Shown here: one piece after another, positions 45,776-56,109 of the stretch
Layout of the letters: each line of letters begins with the position of its first letter
Position numbering within the stretch: position 1 is the first letter of the stretch
NCBI GenBank assembly: GCA_049598495.1
Contig: JBMYNR010000005.1
Coordinates: 1-64,000 of the forward strand
From: Opitutales bacterium
GTDB taxonomy: Bacteria > Verrucomicrobiota > Verrucomicrobiia > Opitutales > Coraliomargaritaceae
Length of the DNA stretch: 64,000 bases
Direction of reading: 5' to 3'
The notes under the pieces: generated by a model
What the model saw: the letters and a program-made list of their open reading frames with translations, nothing else
Told to the model about the DNA's origin: nothing
Database searches by the model: none
Translations under genes and position numbers: made by a program

Positions 45776-46111
45776 ATGCAGGTCCAAGCCTACACTAAAT
45801 ACGCCCGTATGTCGCCCCGCAAGGTGCGCGAGATCACCAAGGCCATTCAAGGTCGCAACGCCGCCGAGGCGGTTGAAGTGCTTCGCTTCATCCCGCGCAA
45901 GTCGGCACGTCTCGTGAGCAAGACTCTCCAGTCGGCCATCGCGAATGCGGAAAATAATAATAATCTATCATCGGACGCGCTCACGATCGAGTCGGCTACC
46001 GTCGAGCAGGGCCCCGCTTTCAAGCGCTTTCGTCCCGCTGCACGTGGTTCCGCACACCCATATAAGAAAGCAACGAGCCATATCCGCATCATCCTCACCG
46101 ACGAGGCATAA
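45776..46111 (+). CDS. rplV: 50S ribosomal protein L22
   Basis: RMSPRKVR, SAIANAENN, GPAFKRFRPAARG, SHIRI. Confidence 0.99.
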   Translation: MQVQAYTKYARMSPRKVREITKAIQGRNAAEAVEVLRFIPRKSARLVSKTLQSAIANAENNNNLSSDALTIESATVEQGPAFKRFRPAARGSAHPYKKATSHIRIILTDEA

Positions 46112-46146
46112 GCCTCAGAGCTACTTTAAAACGACACCTACAAATT

Positions 46147-46779
46147 ATGGGACAGAAAGTACATCCAACCGGCTTCCGCCTTGCAGTGACCCGCGACTGG
46201 GATTCTCGCTGGTATGCGAACAAGGAGCAATTCCCTGAATATATCAAGGAAGACCACACCATTCGCACCCTGCTTACCGAGAAACTGCGCTATGCATCCG
46301 TGCCGCGCATCTTCATCGAGCGTGCCTCTGGTCGTATCCGTGTTAAGATTTTCACAGCACGTCCCGGTGTCGTCATCGGCCGTAAAGGCGCCGAGCTGGA
46401 CAAGCTTAAAGTCACGCTCAATAAGAAGGTCGGTAAGGACGTCATGCTCGATATCCAGGAAGTTAAGCGTCCTGATCTTTCCGCCCAGCTTGTCGCAGAA
46501 AACGTCGCGCTTCAACTCGAGCGCCGAATTGCTTTCCGCCGCGCGATGAAGCGCGCTGTCCAAACGACAATGGCCATGGGCGCCGATGGTATCCGCATCC
46601 AGTGTGCCGGACGTCTTGGGGGTGCTGATATTGCCCGGACCGAGCAACAGCGTCAGGGTCGTGTGCCTCTTCAAACACTCCGGGCTAACATCAATTATGG
46701 GTTTTCCGAAGCGAGCACCGTCTATGGGATTATCGGTGTGAAGTGCTGGATTTGCCTGCCGGACGACGAAACCATCTAA
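46147..46779 (+). CDS. rpsC: 30S ribosomal protein S3
   Basis: MGQKVHP.GFRL, ARPGVVIGRKG, GRLGGADIAR, GRVPLQTLRA. Confidence 0.99.
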   Translation: MGQKVHPTGFRLAVTRDWDSRWYANKEQFPEYIKEDHTIRTLLTEKLRYASVPRIFIERASGRIRVKIFTARPGVVIGRKGAELDKLKVTLNKKVGKDVMLDIQEVKRPDLSAQLVAENVALQLERRIAFRRAMKRAVQTTMAMGADGIRIQCAGRLGGADIARTEQQRQGRVPLQTLRANINYGFSEASTVYGIIGVKCWICLPDDETI

Positions 46780-46813
46780 ATTTCGATTTTTAAAAATTTA
46801 AACAGAGCGAATC

Positions 46814-47230
<417 letters not shown>

Positions 47231-47257
47231 CTCTTTCTATCGTAGGAGAAATTCCAC

Positions 47258-47461
47258 ATGAACACCAAAGATATCCGCGAAATGTCCGAAGCCGAAATTG
47301 AAAAGCAGCTCCGTGATACACGTGACGAGCGTGTCCTCCTCCGTATGCAGAAGCAAACCGGTCAGGTTGAGCATCCGCATCGCTTCAAGGAAATGAACCG
47401 CCAGATCGCACGCCTCGAAACCATCCTTAAGGAAAAGAAGTTGGCATCCGCTAACGCTTAA
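47258..47461 (+). CDS. rpmC: 50S ribosomal protein L29
   Basis: LRMQK.TGQVE.PH, IARLETI; operon position. Confidence 0.95.
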   Translation: MNTKDIREMSEAEIEKQLRDTRDERVLLRMQKQTGQVEHPHRFKEMNRQIARLETILKEKKLASANA

Positions 47462-47480
47462 TTTCTAGCCCATAGATCAC

Positions 47481-47759
47481 ATGGAAACTGCTACACGCAA
47501 TTCTCGTAAAGTCCTCGTCGGTACCGTATCCAGCCGCTCCGGCGATAAGACTATCAAGGTCACCTACTCCTATAAGGTCCCGCACCCTCTCTACAAGAAA
47601 GAGATTAAGCGTAAGACTGTTGTGCACGCACACGACGAAAAGAATGAGTGTGGTCTTGGTGATAAAATCGAAATTATGGAAACACGTCCGCTTTCTAAGT
47701 TGAAGCGCTGGCGCGTTACCAAGGTGCTCGAAGTCGCTCCTAAGCTTGGCGACGAGTAG
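47481..47759 (+). CDS. rpsQ: 30S ribosomal protein S17
   Basis: HPLYKK, AHDEKN, ETRPLSKLKRW. Confidence 0.98.
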   Translation: METATRNSRKVLVGTVSSRSGDKTIKVTYSYKVPHPLYKKEIKRKTVVHAHDEKNECGLGDKIEIMETRPLSKLKRWRVTKVLEVAPKLGDE

Positions 47760-47805
47760 GTCACTGCAGACAAACATTTATCAAACCAATTAGGGAGATT
47801 TAGCT

Positions 47806-48168
47806 ATGATTCAGATGAACAGCCGCGTTTTTGTAGCGGATAACACCGGCGCCAAGTCCGCCGAGATGATCCGCCGCCTTGGTCAGAACAAGGACAGTGC
47901 CGATGTCGGTGATGTTGTGGTCTGTGCTGTGAAGGAAGCCGCGACCGATGCTTCCGTCAAAAAGGGCGAGGTTGTCCGTGGTGTGGTCGTCCGCACCAAG
48001 GCGCCTGTGCGCCGTGGCGATGGCAGCTACCTTCGTTTCGATAACAACGCCATCGTTATTATCAACGCCGACGGTAATCCCAAAGGCACACGCATCTTTG
48101 GGCCGGTAGCTCGCGAGCTCCGCGCCAAATACATGAAAATTATCTCTCTCGCACCGGAGGTTCTGTAA
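47806..48168 (+). CDS. rplN: 50S ribosomal protein L14
   Basis: [27 protein letters not shown]. Confidence 0.99.
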   Translation: MIQMNSRVFVADNTGAKSAEMIRRLGQNKDSADVGDVVVCAVKEAATDASVKKGEVVRGVVVRTKAPVRRGDGSYLRFDNNAIVIINADGNPKGTRIFGPVARELRAKYMKIISLAPEVL

Positions 48169-48170
48169 TT

Positions 48171-48413
48171 ATGGGCAAAGCAATCAAACGCGAACAGGAA
48201 GTCGTCGTCATCTCCGGCGCCCATAAGGGCAAGCGCGGGAAGGTTCTCGAGGTGAAAGCCCCTGAGAAGATCCTCGTCGAAGGCGTCAACCTTATCACTA
48301 AATATGAGCGCAAGACTCAGGAAAACCCCGAGGGCGGTTCTGTTGAGCGTGAAGCTCCCATTCATTATTCAAATGTCATGCTCGCTGAAAAGTATGACGC
48401 CAAAGCCAAATAA
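48171..48413 (+). CDS. rplX: 50S ribosomal protein L24 (short form)
   Basis: VISGAHKGKRGKV, VEGVN, EAPIHYSNV. Confidence 0.96.
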   Translation: MGKAIKREQEVVVISGAHKGKRGKVLEVKAPEKILVEGVNLITKYERKTQENPEGGSVEREAPIHYSNVMLAEKYDAKAK

Positions 48414-48513
48414 GGCGCTTGCCAAGGTTTAGATCTGAGCCACTGTCTCGCAGCTTTTCAAAAACATCATTCACCACTAACAGGTCGGGTTGGAAATCCG
48501 CCTTATACAAAAG

Positions 48514-49128
48514 ATGTCACAGTCAATTCTACAAAAACACTACGCTGAGAAGGTTGTCCCCGAACTCATGAAGAAGTTCGGTTACAAGAACCCGCATCAG
48601 GTGCCTGCGATCAAGAAGATCGTCATCAACTCCGGCTTCGCCGCTACTGCGGATAAGAATCACGTACAGTATGTTAACGATGAGCTCGGTAAGATTTCCG
48701 GGCAACGTCCGGTGACCACTAAGGCAAAGCTCTCCATCTCGAACTTCAAACTTCGTGAAGGCCAGCCGATCGGTGCCAAGGTAACCCTTCGTGGTGCCGC
48801 CATGTATGATTTCCTGGTCCGCCTGATTAATATCGCGCTTCCCTGTATCCGTGACTTCCGTGGAGTTCCGACCCGTTTTGACGGTCAGGGGAACTATACG
48901 CTTGGTGTCAGCGACCATACCATCTTCCCGGAAGTGAGTGCCGAGGGCACAAGTGCGCAAATTGGTATGGATATTTGTATCAACACCAGTGCTTCTACCG
49001 ACGAAGAAGGCCGAGAGCTTCTCAAGCTCTTCGGTGTGCCCTTCCGTAAGAGCAGCTCTGAAGTCGCTGCCGAAGAAGCGGATGCCGCCAGCGGTGAGCC
49101 TGCAGAATCCGCTGAAGCAAATGCATAA
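48514..49128 (+). CDS. rplE: 50S ribosomal protein L5
   Basis: [31 protein letters not shown]. Start taken as ATG 48514; acidic C-terminal tail. Confidence 0.98.
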   Translation: MSQSILQKHYAEKVVPELMKKFGYKNPHQVPAIKKIVINSGFAATADKNHVQYVNDELGKISGQRPVTTKAKLSISNFKLREGQPIGAKVTLRGAAMYDFLVRLINIALPCIRDFRGVPTRFDGQGNYTLGVSDHTIFPEVSAEGTSAQIGMDICINTSASTDEEGRELLKLFGVPFRKSSSEVAAEEADAASGEPAESAEANA

Positions 49129-49145
49129 CCTTTAGACGAATACCT

Positions 49146-49451
49146 ATGGCTAAAAAATCAGCAATCCAACGTAACTTGAAGCGCGAGCGCATGATCGCGA
49201 AATACGCAGCCAAGCGTAACGAGCTCAAGGCGATCCTGGCAAACCCTGAAACCTCTGACGAGGACTTCTACAAAGCGCAGTCCAAGCTCACCAAGCTTCC
49301 TAAGAACAGTTCGCCGATCCGTGCTCGCAACCGTTGCTCCGTCACAGGTCGTCCCCGCGCATTCATCCGTAAGTTCGGTCTATCCCGTATCACCTTCCGC
49401 GAACTGGCGACTCAAGGCAAGATTCCCGGTGTGACGAAGTCCTCCTGGTAG
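49146..49451 (+). CDS. rpsN: 30S ribosomal protein S14 (101-aa, non-zinc form)
   Basis: [31 protein letters not shown]. Confidence 0.99.
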   Translation: MAKKSAIQRNLKRERMIAKYAAKRNELKAILANPETSDEDFYKAQSKLTKLPKNSSPIRARNRCSVTGRPRAFIRKFGLSRITFRELATQGKIPGVTKSSW

Positions 49452-49608
49452 GAGACTTTTCAGGAGACAGAAGTCAGAAAACAGAAGAGAGAATCTTTTT
49501 TAATCAGATACAATTTACAGGAGGCAGGGCTTCGTCATTCGAATTGATCATTCCGAATCCCGAATCCTGACTCCTCCAAAATAACGAAAACCCAGCAGTT
49601 TAAATACT

Positions 49609-50007
49609 ATGGCAGTTCACGACACAATCGGCGATTTCCTCACCATCATACGCAACGCCAGCTCCGCTCGTAAAGAGTCCTGCACCACGCAGCACTCCAA
49701 GATGCGCGCCGCGATCGCTGCGATTCTCAAGGATGAGGGTTATATTAACGACTTTAGCGAAGGTCAGGACGAGAAGGGGTTTAAGACCCTCACGCTTGCC
49801 TTGAAATTCGCGGGTAAGACACCCGCGATTACTGGGATCGAGCGTCACAGCACGCCTGGCCGCCGACTCTACTACGGTTGCAAAGACATCCCCCGCGTTC
49901 TTGGCGGTATGGGTGTGGCAATCCTCACTACTTCCAAAGGCGTGATGCGCGCCCGCGATGCCCGTGAAGCAGGTGTCGGCGGTGAGCTCGTCTGCAAAGT
50001 CTGGTAA
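49609..50007 (+). CDS. rpsH: 30S ribosomal protein S8
   Basis: D.IGDFLT.IRNA, STPGRRLY, TSKGVM, GGEL. Confidence 0.99.
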   Translation: MAVHDTIGDFLTIIRNASSARKESCTTQHSKMRAAIAAILKDEGYINDFSEGQDEKGFKTLTLALKFAGKTPAITGIERHSTPGRRLYYGCKDIPRVLGGMGVAILTTSKGVMRARDAREAGVGGELVCKVW

Positions 50008-50023
50008 TTGAAAGGCCACTACG

Positions 50024-50560
50024 ATGAGCAGAATTGGTAAACTTCCCATTCCCGTCCTTGATAAGGCAAACGTCACCGTTGACGGTCAGACTGTCCGCGC
50101 TGAAGGCCCCAAGGGTAAACTTGAACAAACTTTCGACAGTTCGGTTAAGATCGAGCTGGCTGACGGCGAAATCAAGGTGTCTCCCGCAGACAGCAGCCGC
50201 CACGCCCGCGCGATGTATGGTACTGTGCGCTCCATCATCAATAATATGGTGATCGGCGTCGTCGACGGTTATGAAAAGAAACTCGAGATCAAGGGTGTCG
50301 GTTTCCGTGCGGCGCTTAAGGGCGACGTGCTCGACCTCGCACTTGGTTATTCGCACCCGGTTGAGGTGAAGATCCCCGAGGGTATCACCGTGACCGTGGC
50401 TGAGAACACAAAGCTCTCTGTCTCCGGTGCTGACAAGCAAATGGTCGGCGAGATCACCGCGACGATCTACTCCTACTTCCCAGCTGAGCCATATAAGGGC
50501 AAGGGGGTCCATATCCTCGGTCAATATGTCCGCCGTAAGGAAGGTAAGAAGTCCGCTTAA
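50024..50560 (+). CDS. rplF: 50S ribosomal protein L6
   Basis: MSRIGK.PI, GPKG, GVGFRA, LGYSHP, EPYKGKG. Confidence 0.99.
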   Translation: MSRIGKLPIPVLDKANVTVDGQTVRAEGPKGKLEQTFDSSVKIELADGEIKVSPADSSRHARAMYGTVRSIINNMVIGVVDGYEKKLEIKGVGFRAALKGDVLDLALGYSHPVEVKIPEGITVTVAENTKLSVSGADKQMVGEITATIYSYFPAEPYKGKGVHILGQYVRRKEGKKSA

Positions 50561-50579
50561 TTTCATCAGAGGGTATATC

Positions 50580-50936
50580 ATGAAACTCCAGAAGAAAAAT
50601 TCTCTCGCACAGAAGCGTCGCTATCGCATCCGCAAGAAGGTCAAGGGCACTGCAGTGCGTCCTCGACTGGCTGTGCATTTCTCCAACAAGCACATCTACG
50701 CACAATGCATCGACGACGTAGCCGGTCACACGGTGGCCTACGCTTCCTCCGTTGGTGGTAAGGATGCCTCGGTTAAGGCCAATACTGAAGGTGCTGTCGA
50801 ACTCGGCAAAATTATCGCCCAAAAGGCCAAGGATGCCGGTGTTGAGGCCGTTGTCTTTGATCGTGCCGGCCGTCGCTACCACGGTTGTGTCAAATCATTC
50901 GCTGAAGCGGCCCGTGAAGGCGGCCTCCAATTCTAA
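50580..50936 (+). CDS. rplR: 50S ribosomal protein L18
   Basis: [20 protein letters not shown]...YHG, AREGGL.F. Start taken as ATG 50580. Confidence 0.98.
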   Translation: MKLQKKNSLAQKRRYRIRKKVKGTAVRPRLAVHFSNKHIYAQCIDDVAGHTVAYASSVGGKDASVKANTEGAVELGKIIAQKAKDAGVEAVVFDRAGRRYHGCVKSFAEAAREGGLQF

Positions 50937-50946
50937 GGATCACCAT

Positions 50947-51471
50947 ATGAGCCAAAAAAACAGATCATTTTCTCAAGCTGACGAAAACGAGGAAGCTCCC
51001 GAGTTCGTCGAAAAGGTTGTCCACATTAACCGCTGCGCCAAAGTGGTGAAGGGTGGTCGTCGTTTTAGCTTCGCTGCGCTTGTCGTTGTCGGCAACCAAA
51101 AGGGTGAAGTCGGCGTCGGATACGGGAAGGCAAAGGAAGTTCCCGAGTGTATTCGCAAGGGCACTGAGCAGGCCAAGAAGAATCTCGTTACGATCAAACT
51201 TCGTGGTGACACAATTCCGCATCACGTTCTCGGTGAGGCGGATGGTGGTAAGGTTCTCCTGCGCCCGGCATCGGACGGAACCGGCGTGATCGCCGGTGGC
51301 GGTTGCCGTGCGGTTCTCGAGTCCGTTGGTATCAAGAACATCCTCTCGAAGTCTCTCGGTTCGAATAACCACCTCGCAATGGTGAACGCCACGATGGACG
51401 CGCTCCTTCAACTTCGTTCCAACCAGGAAATTCAAAATATCCGTTTCGGCGAAGTCGCCGCAGAAGCATAA
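50947..51471 (+). CDS. rpsE: 30S ribosomal protein S5
   Basis: [38 protein letters not shown]. Confidence 0.99.
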   Translation: MSQKNRSFSQADENEEAPEFVEKVVHINRCAKVVKGGRRFSFAALVVVGNQKGEVGVGYGKAKEVPECIRKGTEQAKKNLVTIKLRGDTIPHHVLGEADGGKVLLRPASDGTGVIAGGGCRAVLESVGIKNILSKSLGSNNHLAMVNATMDALLQLRSNQEIQNIRFGEVAAEA

Positions 51472-51483
51472 GGATCCAGTCAC

Positions 51484-51954
51484 ATGAATCTCGAAAATAT
51501 TCCAACCATCAAAGGTGCCACGCACCCCACCAAGCGCCTTGGGCGTGGTGAGGGCAGTGGCCACGGCAAGACTTCCGGCAAGGGGCACAAGGGCCAGAAG
51601 GCTCGTTCCGGCGGCGGTATCCGTATTGGCTTTGAGGGCGGTCAAATGCCGCTTTATCGTAAGCTTCCGCGCCGTGGTTTTAACAACAAGAACTTCAAGA
51701 GCACTTTCCAACTCGTGAACGTTGGCGATCTTGAGAAGCTCGATGGGAATACCGTCGATCGCGAGTCTCTCGTCGCAGCGGGGCTTATCCGCGACAACGA
51801 CGAGGGCGTTAAGCTTCTCGGCGAAGGTGAGGTTTCCCAGGCCTATACAGTCAACGTCTGCAAAGTCTCTGCCTCTGCCAAGAGCAAGATCGAAGCTGCT
51901 GGCGGTAAGATCGAAGAAGCTGTCGAGGCAACTGAGGAAAAAGAAGACGCGTAA
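51484..51954 (+). CDS. rplO: 50S ribosomal protein L15
   Basis: RLGRGEGSGHGKT.G.GHKGQKAR, FEGGQMPL, LP.RGF. Confidence 0.99.
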   Translation: MNLENIPTIKGATHPTKRLGRGEGSGHGKTSGKGHKGQKARSGGGIRIGFEGGQMPLYRKLPRRGFNNKNFKSTFQLVNVGDLEKLDGNTVDRESLVAAGLIRDNDEGVKLLGEGEVSQAYTVNVCKVSASAKSKIEAAGGKIEEAVEATEEKEDA

Positions 51955-51995
51955 ATAGATTCTCCCCCGGGCTCGGGTGAAGGACCCAATTACTT

Positions 51996-53516
51996 ATGCT
52001 ATCTGCTTTTACGAATTCTCTGAAGATTCCTGAACTTCGCCAGAAGATCTTCTTTACGCTGGCTCTGTTGTTCATTGCTCGTGTCGGCGCGAACATTCCT
52101 CTTCCGGGAATGAATGTCGGACCGATCCAGGAGTTCTTTGCAGATGAGGCAAGTGCCGGCGGCGGACTGGTCGGCATGTTTAACATGTTCACGGGGGGCG
52201 CGCTACTCAATGGTGCCGTCTTCGCCCTGGGTATCATGCCCTATATCAGTGCGTCGATTATCATGCAGCTCGTGGGTGCTGTTTTTCCGTCGATTGCTCG
52301 CCTTCAACAAGAAGGGGATGTCGGCCGTCAAAAGATCAACCAATACACGCGCTATCTCACGCTCGGTATTTGCGTTATTCAAGGTCTGCTCCTTTTGGTC
52401 GCGCTTTCGACTAATCCGGCCAGCCTGATCGGTCAGGGATTTAACCCGGCTGAGTATGGCCAGATCGTGATTGCTGCACAGCTTCCCTTCCTCGTTACAG
52501 GCACGGTTTTCCTGACTGCGGGCACCATGATTATGGTTTGGCTCGGAGAACAAATCACCCAGAAGGGCATTGGTAACGGGATCTCGCTGCTGATTACCAT
52601 TAGCATTATTTCCGGTCTCCCGGGCGCGGTTGTTGCGACTTATCAAATGTTTGTCGCCCCCGTTGGTTCGGAAGGTGCCTCACTCGGTGTGCCGGAAGGT
52701 GTGCTGATGCTGGCGCTCCTTTTCGCCGTGACTGCTGCACTGGTTGCCATTACTCAGGCTCAGCGCAAGATTCCGGTTCAATATGCGAAGCGGGTAGTCG
52801 GACGCAAAGTCTACGGCGGCCAGAGCTCCTTCCTTCCGCTGAAGGTGAACTACGCCGGGGTGATGCCAGTTATCTTCGGTAGTGCGATTCTCATGTTTCC
52901 TGCGCAGATTCTGGCCTACCTTGGTAGTGCCACAGGGATGCGTTTCTTCAACGATTTTGCTGATTCAATCGCGCAAGGCCAGCCGGCTTACTACATTATT
53001 TTTGGCCTTCTCATCCTGGTCTTCTCCTACTTTTGGGTCTCCATGATGTTTAAGCCTATTCAAATTGCGGATGATCTGAAGAAAAATGGCGGTTACATTC
53101 CCGGCGTGCGTCCTGGTGAACCGACTGCCAAGTTTCTTGATCACATCATGACCCGCTTGACGCTGTTTGGGGCGATCTCTCTAACGATCATAGCGGTATT
53201 CCCCGACTTTCTTCTCTTTAATTATAACGTGCCTTTTAGTGTCGCCCTTTTCTTTGGTGGCACCGGAATGTTGATCACCGTGGGTGTGCTTCTTGACACC
53301 ATGCGCCAGATTGAGACCTATCTTCTCCAGCGCCACTACGACGGCTTCCTTAAGAAGGGCAAGATTCGTGGACGCTCTGCTGCCCGTAATAAGCAGCTCG
53401 TCGACACCGCCGGGCTACAGGATTTCTGGAATGTCTGGCGCCCGCTTCTCTTTATAGCGATCGCGCTCTTCGTCCTTGGGGTTATTTCCTGGGCGATGAA
53501 CACCTTCGGAGGTTAA
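51996..53516 (+). CDS. secY: Preprotein translocase subunit SecY
   Basis: ALGIMPYISASII, WLGEQIT..GIGNG.S, PLKVNYAGVMPVIF, IPGVRPG..T, FGGT. Confidence 0.99.
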   Translation: MLSAFTNSLKIPELRQKIFFTLALLFIARVGANIPLPGMNVGPIQEFFADEASAGGGLVGMFNMFTGGALLNGAVFALGIMPYISASIIMQLVGAVFPSIARLQQEGDVGRQKINQYTRYLTLGICVIQGLLLLVALSTNPASLIGQGFNPAEYGQIVIAAQLPFLVTGTVFLTAGTMIMVWLGEQITQKGIGNGISLLITISIISGLPGAVVATYQMFVAPVGSEGASLGVPEGVLMLALLFAVTAALVAITQAQRKIPVQYAKRVVGRKVYGGQSSFLPLKVNYAGVMPVIFGSAILMFPAQILAYLGSATGMRFFNDFADSIAQGQPAYYIIFGLLILVFSYFWVSMMFKPIQIADDLKKNGGYIPGVRPGEPTAKFLDHIMTRLTLFGAISLTIIAVFPDFLLFNYNVPFSVALFFGGTGMLITVGVLLDTMRQIETYLLQRHYDGFLKKGKIRGRSAARNKQLVDTAGLQDFWNVWRPLLFIAIALFVLGVISWAMNTFGG

Positions 53517-53614
53517 GGCGCTCTGTAAGTGACCCTTTCCGAAGAGCTCTCTTCTTTTAGACATCTCTTCGTTTTCAATCTGTTCTTTGATCCATCTCCT
53601 CGCTTCGATGCCCG

Positions 53615-54382
53615 ATGAAGTATATTCGCTCAGACGATGAAATTCAATCGATTCGCGAAGCATGCCAAATCGCAGCTACCGTACTTAAACGGCTTGTTGA
53701 TGCGGTTGAGGCGGGGATGACTACTTACGATCTGGACCAACTCGGACGAAAAGCCATTGAAGAATTAGGGGCTGAAAGCGCCTGCTACAACTACCGCTCA
53801 GGTAATAACGTCTTTCCGGCTTACACCTGTCTCTCTATAAACGAAGAGATCGTCCATGGAATCGGCACGCTGCGCCGTAGCATTCAACCCGGTGATGTCG
53901 TCTCTATCGATGTGGTGGTCAACTATCGCGGATTTATTGGTGACAACGCACAAACCGTATTGATTGAACCAGTGGCCGAGAAAAATGCCGCTCTCATCGA
54001 AGCAACCAGGGAATCTCTGAATTACGCGATCAGTTTCGCCCGTGCCGGGAATCGAGTTGGGGACATCTCCAATGCCGTGGAGCGATTCATTAAGCGCCAC
54101 AACTACGGCATCGTTCGGGATTTCGTCGGACATGGAGTCGGCAAATCCATGCATGAGCCCCCTCAAATACCTAATTGTGGGCGTCGAGGCAGTGGAGCCT
54201 TGCTCAAACCTGGCATGTGCCTCGCAATCGAGCCGATGATCAACCTCGGGACCGGCAAAGTCGATATGCTCGACGATGGTTGGACCGCGGTGACCAAGGA
54301 TCGTAAAAATTCTGCTCATTTTGAGCACACCGTCCTCGTTACCAACGGGGACCCGGAAATTTTAACAATTCCCAAAAAATAA
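53615..54382 (+). CDS. map: Type I methionine aminopeptidase
   Basis: C.SINEEIVHGI, SIDV..(D)..GD, GHGVG..MHE.P, AIEPM, SAHFEHT. Confidence 0.97.
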   Translation: MKYIRSDDEIQSIREACQIAATVLKRLVDAVEAGMTTYDLDQLGRKAIEELGAESACYNYRSGNNVFPAYTCLSINEEIVHGIGTLRRSIQPGDVVSIDVVVNYRGFIGDNAQTVLIEPVAEKNAALIEATRESLNYAISFARAGNRVGDISNAVERFIKRHNYGIVRDFVGHGVGKSMHEPPQIPNCGRRGSGALLKPGMCLAIEPMINLGTGKVDMLDDGWTAVTKDRKNSAHFEHTVLVTNGDPEILTIPKK

Positions 54383-54456
54383 CTTTTCAAACCAAGCTAA
54401 ACTGCTATTTTCCACCACTTTTCCCGTAATCCAGCGGGTCAAACCATCATTTAATT

Positions 54457-54819
54457 ATGCCACGTATCCTCGGAGTCGACATTCCTGCCAACAAGAAGCT
54501 AGAGTATTCTCTACGCTACATTTATGGCATTGGGCCAACACGCGCTAAGCTGATTGTCAGCGAGTCCGGTTTTGATCCGGATCGTCGCGCCGGTGATCTC
54601 AGTGAAGAAGAGGTCAACCAGCTCGCTTCTATTGTCGCGGAAAAACAGTATGTTGTAGAAGGCGACCTTCGCCGTGAGCGCACCGCCAACCTAAAGCGTC
54701 TTTCTGCGATTCGCAGCGTCCGCGGCATGCGCCATATGCGTGGCCTCCCGGTTCGTGGCCAACGCACAAAAACCAATGCCCGTACGCGCAAGGGTGCTAT
54801 TAAGCCCGTGCGTAAGTAA
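54457..54819 (+). CDS. rpsM: 30S ribosomal protein S13
   Basis: RILGVDIP, IYGIG, EGDLRR, GLPVRGQRTKTNARTRKG. Confidence 0.99.
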   Translation: MPRILGVDIPANKKLEYSLRYIYGIGPTRAKLIVSESGFDPDRRAGDLSEEEVNQLASIVAEKQYVVEGDLRRERTANLKRLSAIRSVRGMRHMRGLPVRGQRTKTNARTRKGAIKPVRK

Positions 54820-54838
54820 TTTTTAGAAGGAATTTCCC

Positions 54839-55363
54839 ATGAGCGAAGAAGAAACAAAGTCCGCTGCCGAAGAAGAAAAAGTAGCCGTTGTCGCTGAAGA
54901 AGCCACGACGACTGCTGAAGTTGCCGAGCCTGAAAAGAAGAAGGAAGTTACTGCTGAAGATCTCCTGAAGAGCGATCTTGACGGTGTTAAGATCCGTCGC
55001 GCGAAGGGAAGTAAGAATATCACTTCCGGTATCGTGAACGTGCTTGCTACCTTCAATAATACCAAGGTCACTTTCACAGATCCGCGTGGTAACGTCATTT
55101 CTTGGTCGAGCGCCGGTAAGTGCAATTTCCGGGGTTCTCGTAAGTCCACCGCCTATGCCGCCCAAGTCGTCACCCAGGACGCTGGTCGCGTGGCGATGTC
55201 TCACGGGATGAAAGAAGTCGTGGTCAAGCTCAACGGCCCTGGTATGGGTCGGGACTCGGCTGTTCGCGCGCTCCAATCTCTTGGCATGATCGTCACTGAA
55301 ATCATTGATGTGACTCCGGTACCGCATAATGGATGCCGGGCGCCAAAACGTCGTCGTGTCTAG
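54839..55363 (+). CDS. rpsK: 30S ribosomal protein S11 with acidic N-terminal extension
   Basis: [31 protein letters not shown]. Confidence 0.98.
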   Translation: MSEEETKSAAEEEKVAVVAEEATTTAEVAEPEKKKEVTAEDLLKSDLDGVKIRRAKGSKNITSGIVNVLATFNNTKVTFTDPRGNVISWSSAGKCNFRGSRKSTAYAAQVVTQDAGRVAMSHGMKEVVVKLNGPGMGRDSAVRALQSLGMIVTEIIDVTPVPHNGCRAPKRRRV

Positions 55364-55422
55364 TGTGTTTCTGCCACACGGACACATTCAATATTAGTTA
55401 GCAGTAAAAGGATAAGAACACC

Positions 55423-56031
55423 ATGGCTCGTTACACAGGCCCCACAACTCGCATCAACCGCCGTTTTGGTCAGGCGATCTTCGCCCCGACCAAGGCTTAT
55501 GAGCGTAAACCACACCCTCCCGGTCAGCACGGTCCCCGTCTGCGCCGTAAATTGAGCGATTACGCAATCGGTCTCAATGAAAAGCAAAAGCTTCGTTTCA
55601 TGTATGGCATGACCGAGAAGCAATTTCGCCTCACTTTCGAAAAAGCCAAAAACACCCGTGGTGTTACCGGTGAGATTTTCCTTCAAATGCTGGAACGCCG
55701 CCTCGACAGCGTCATCTACCGCCTGGGCTTTGCTAAGTCTCGCGCGGCGGCTCGTCAGTTCGTGAGTCATGGACACATCGTGGTCAATGGCAAGAAAACC
55801 GACATCGCCAGTTTCGTGGTTAAAGAAGGCGATGAAATTGAAGTGCGTGAGCGAACCTCCTCTCGTCAGCTGGCTACCCGCTGCATGGAAGAAAGCCAGG
55901 CGCGCACGGTTCCCGAGTGGCTCACGCTCAACGCCGACGCTCTCAAGGCCACCGTCAATCGCCTTCCCTCCAATGAGGAAACCGAAGAGTCGATTAACGT
56001 TCAACTGATCGTTGAATACTATAGCCGCTAG
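55423..56031 (+). CDS. rpsD: 30S ribosomal protein S4
   Basis: MARYTGP, PPGQHG, EKQKLR, LERRLD, ARQFVSHGH, VEYYSR. Confidence 0.99.
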   Translation: MARYTGPTTRINRRFGQAIFAPTKAYERKPHPPGQHGPRLRRKLSDYAIGLNEKQKLRFMYGMTEKQFRLTFEKAKNTRGVTGEIFLQMLERRLDSVIYRLGFAKSRAAARQFVSHGHIVVNGKKTDIASFVVKEGDEIEVRERTSSRQLATRCMEESQARTVPEWLTLNADALKATVNRLPSNEETEESINVQLIVEYYSR

Positions 56032-56109
56032 CCCTAACCGCTAGCCAGTTTCATTCTTCGTATCATCGTTTCTCCAACTTACTAGTAACCCGCCAGAGAA
56101 AAGCCCATT

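Noticed and set aside
50427..50946. Long N-terminal extensions of rplR and rpsE shown in the ORF track (also topB, rnd, sodA, nupC and the methyltransferase)
   Set aside because: These are artefacts of taking the most upstream start codon. Several overlap upstream genes, and homology begins at the downstream ATGs used here.
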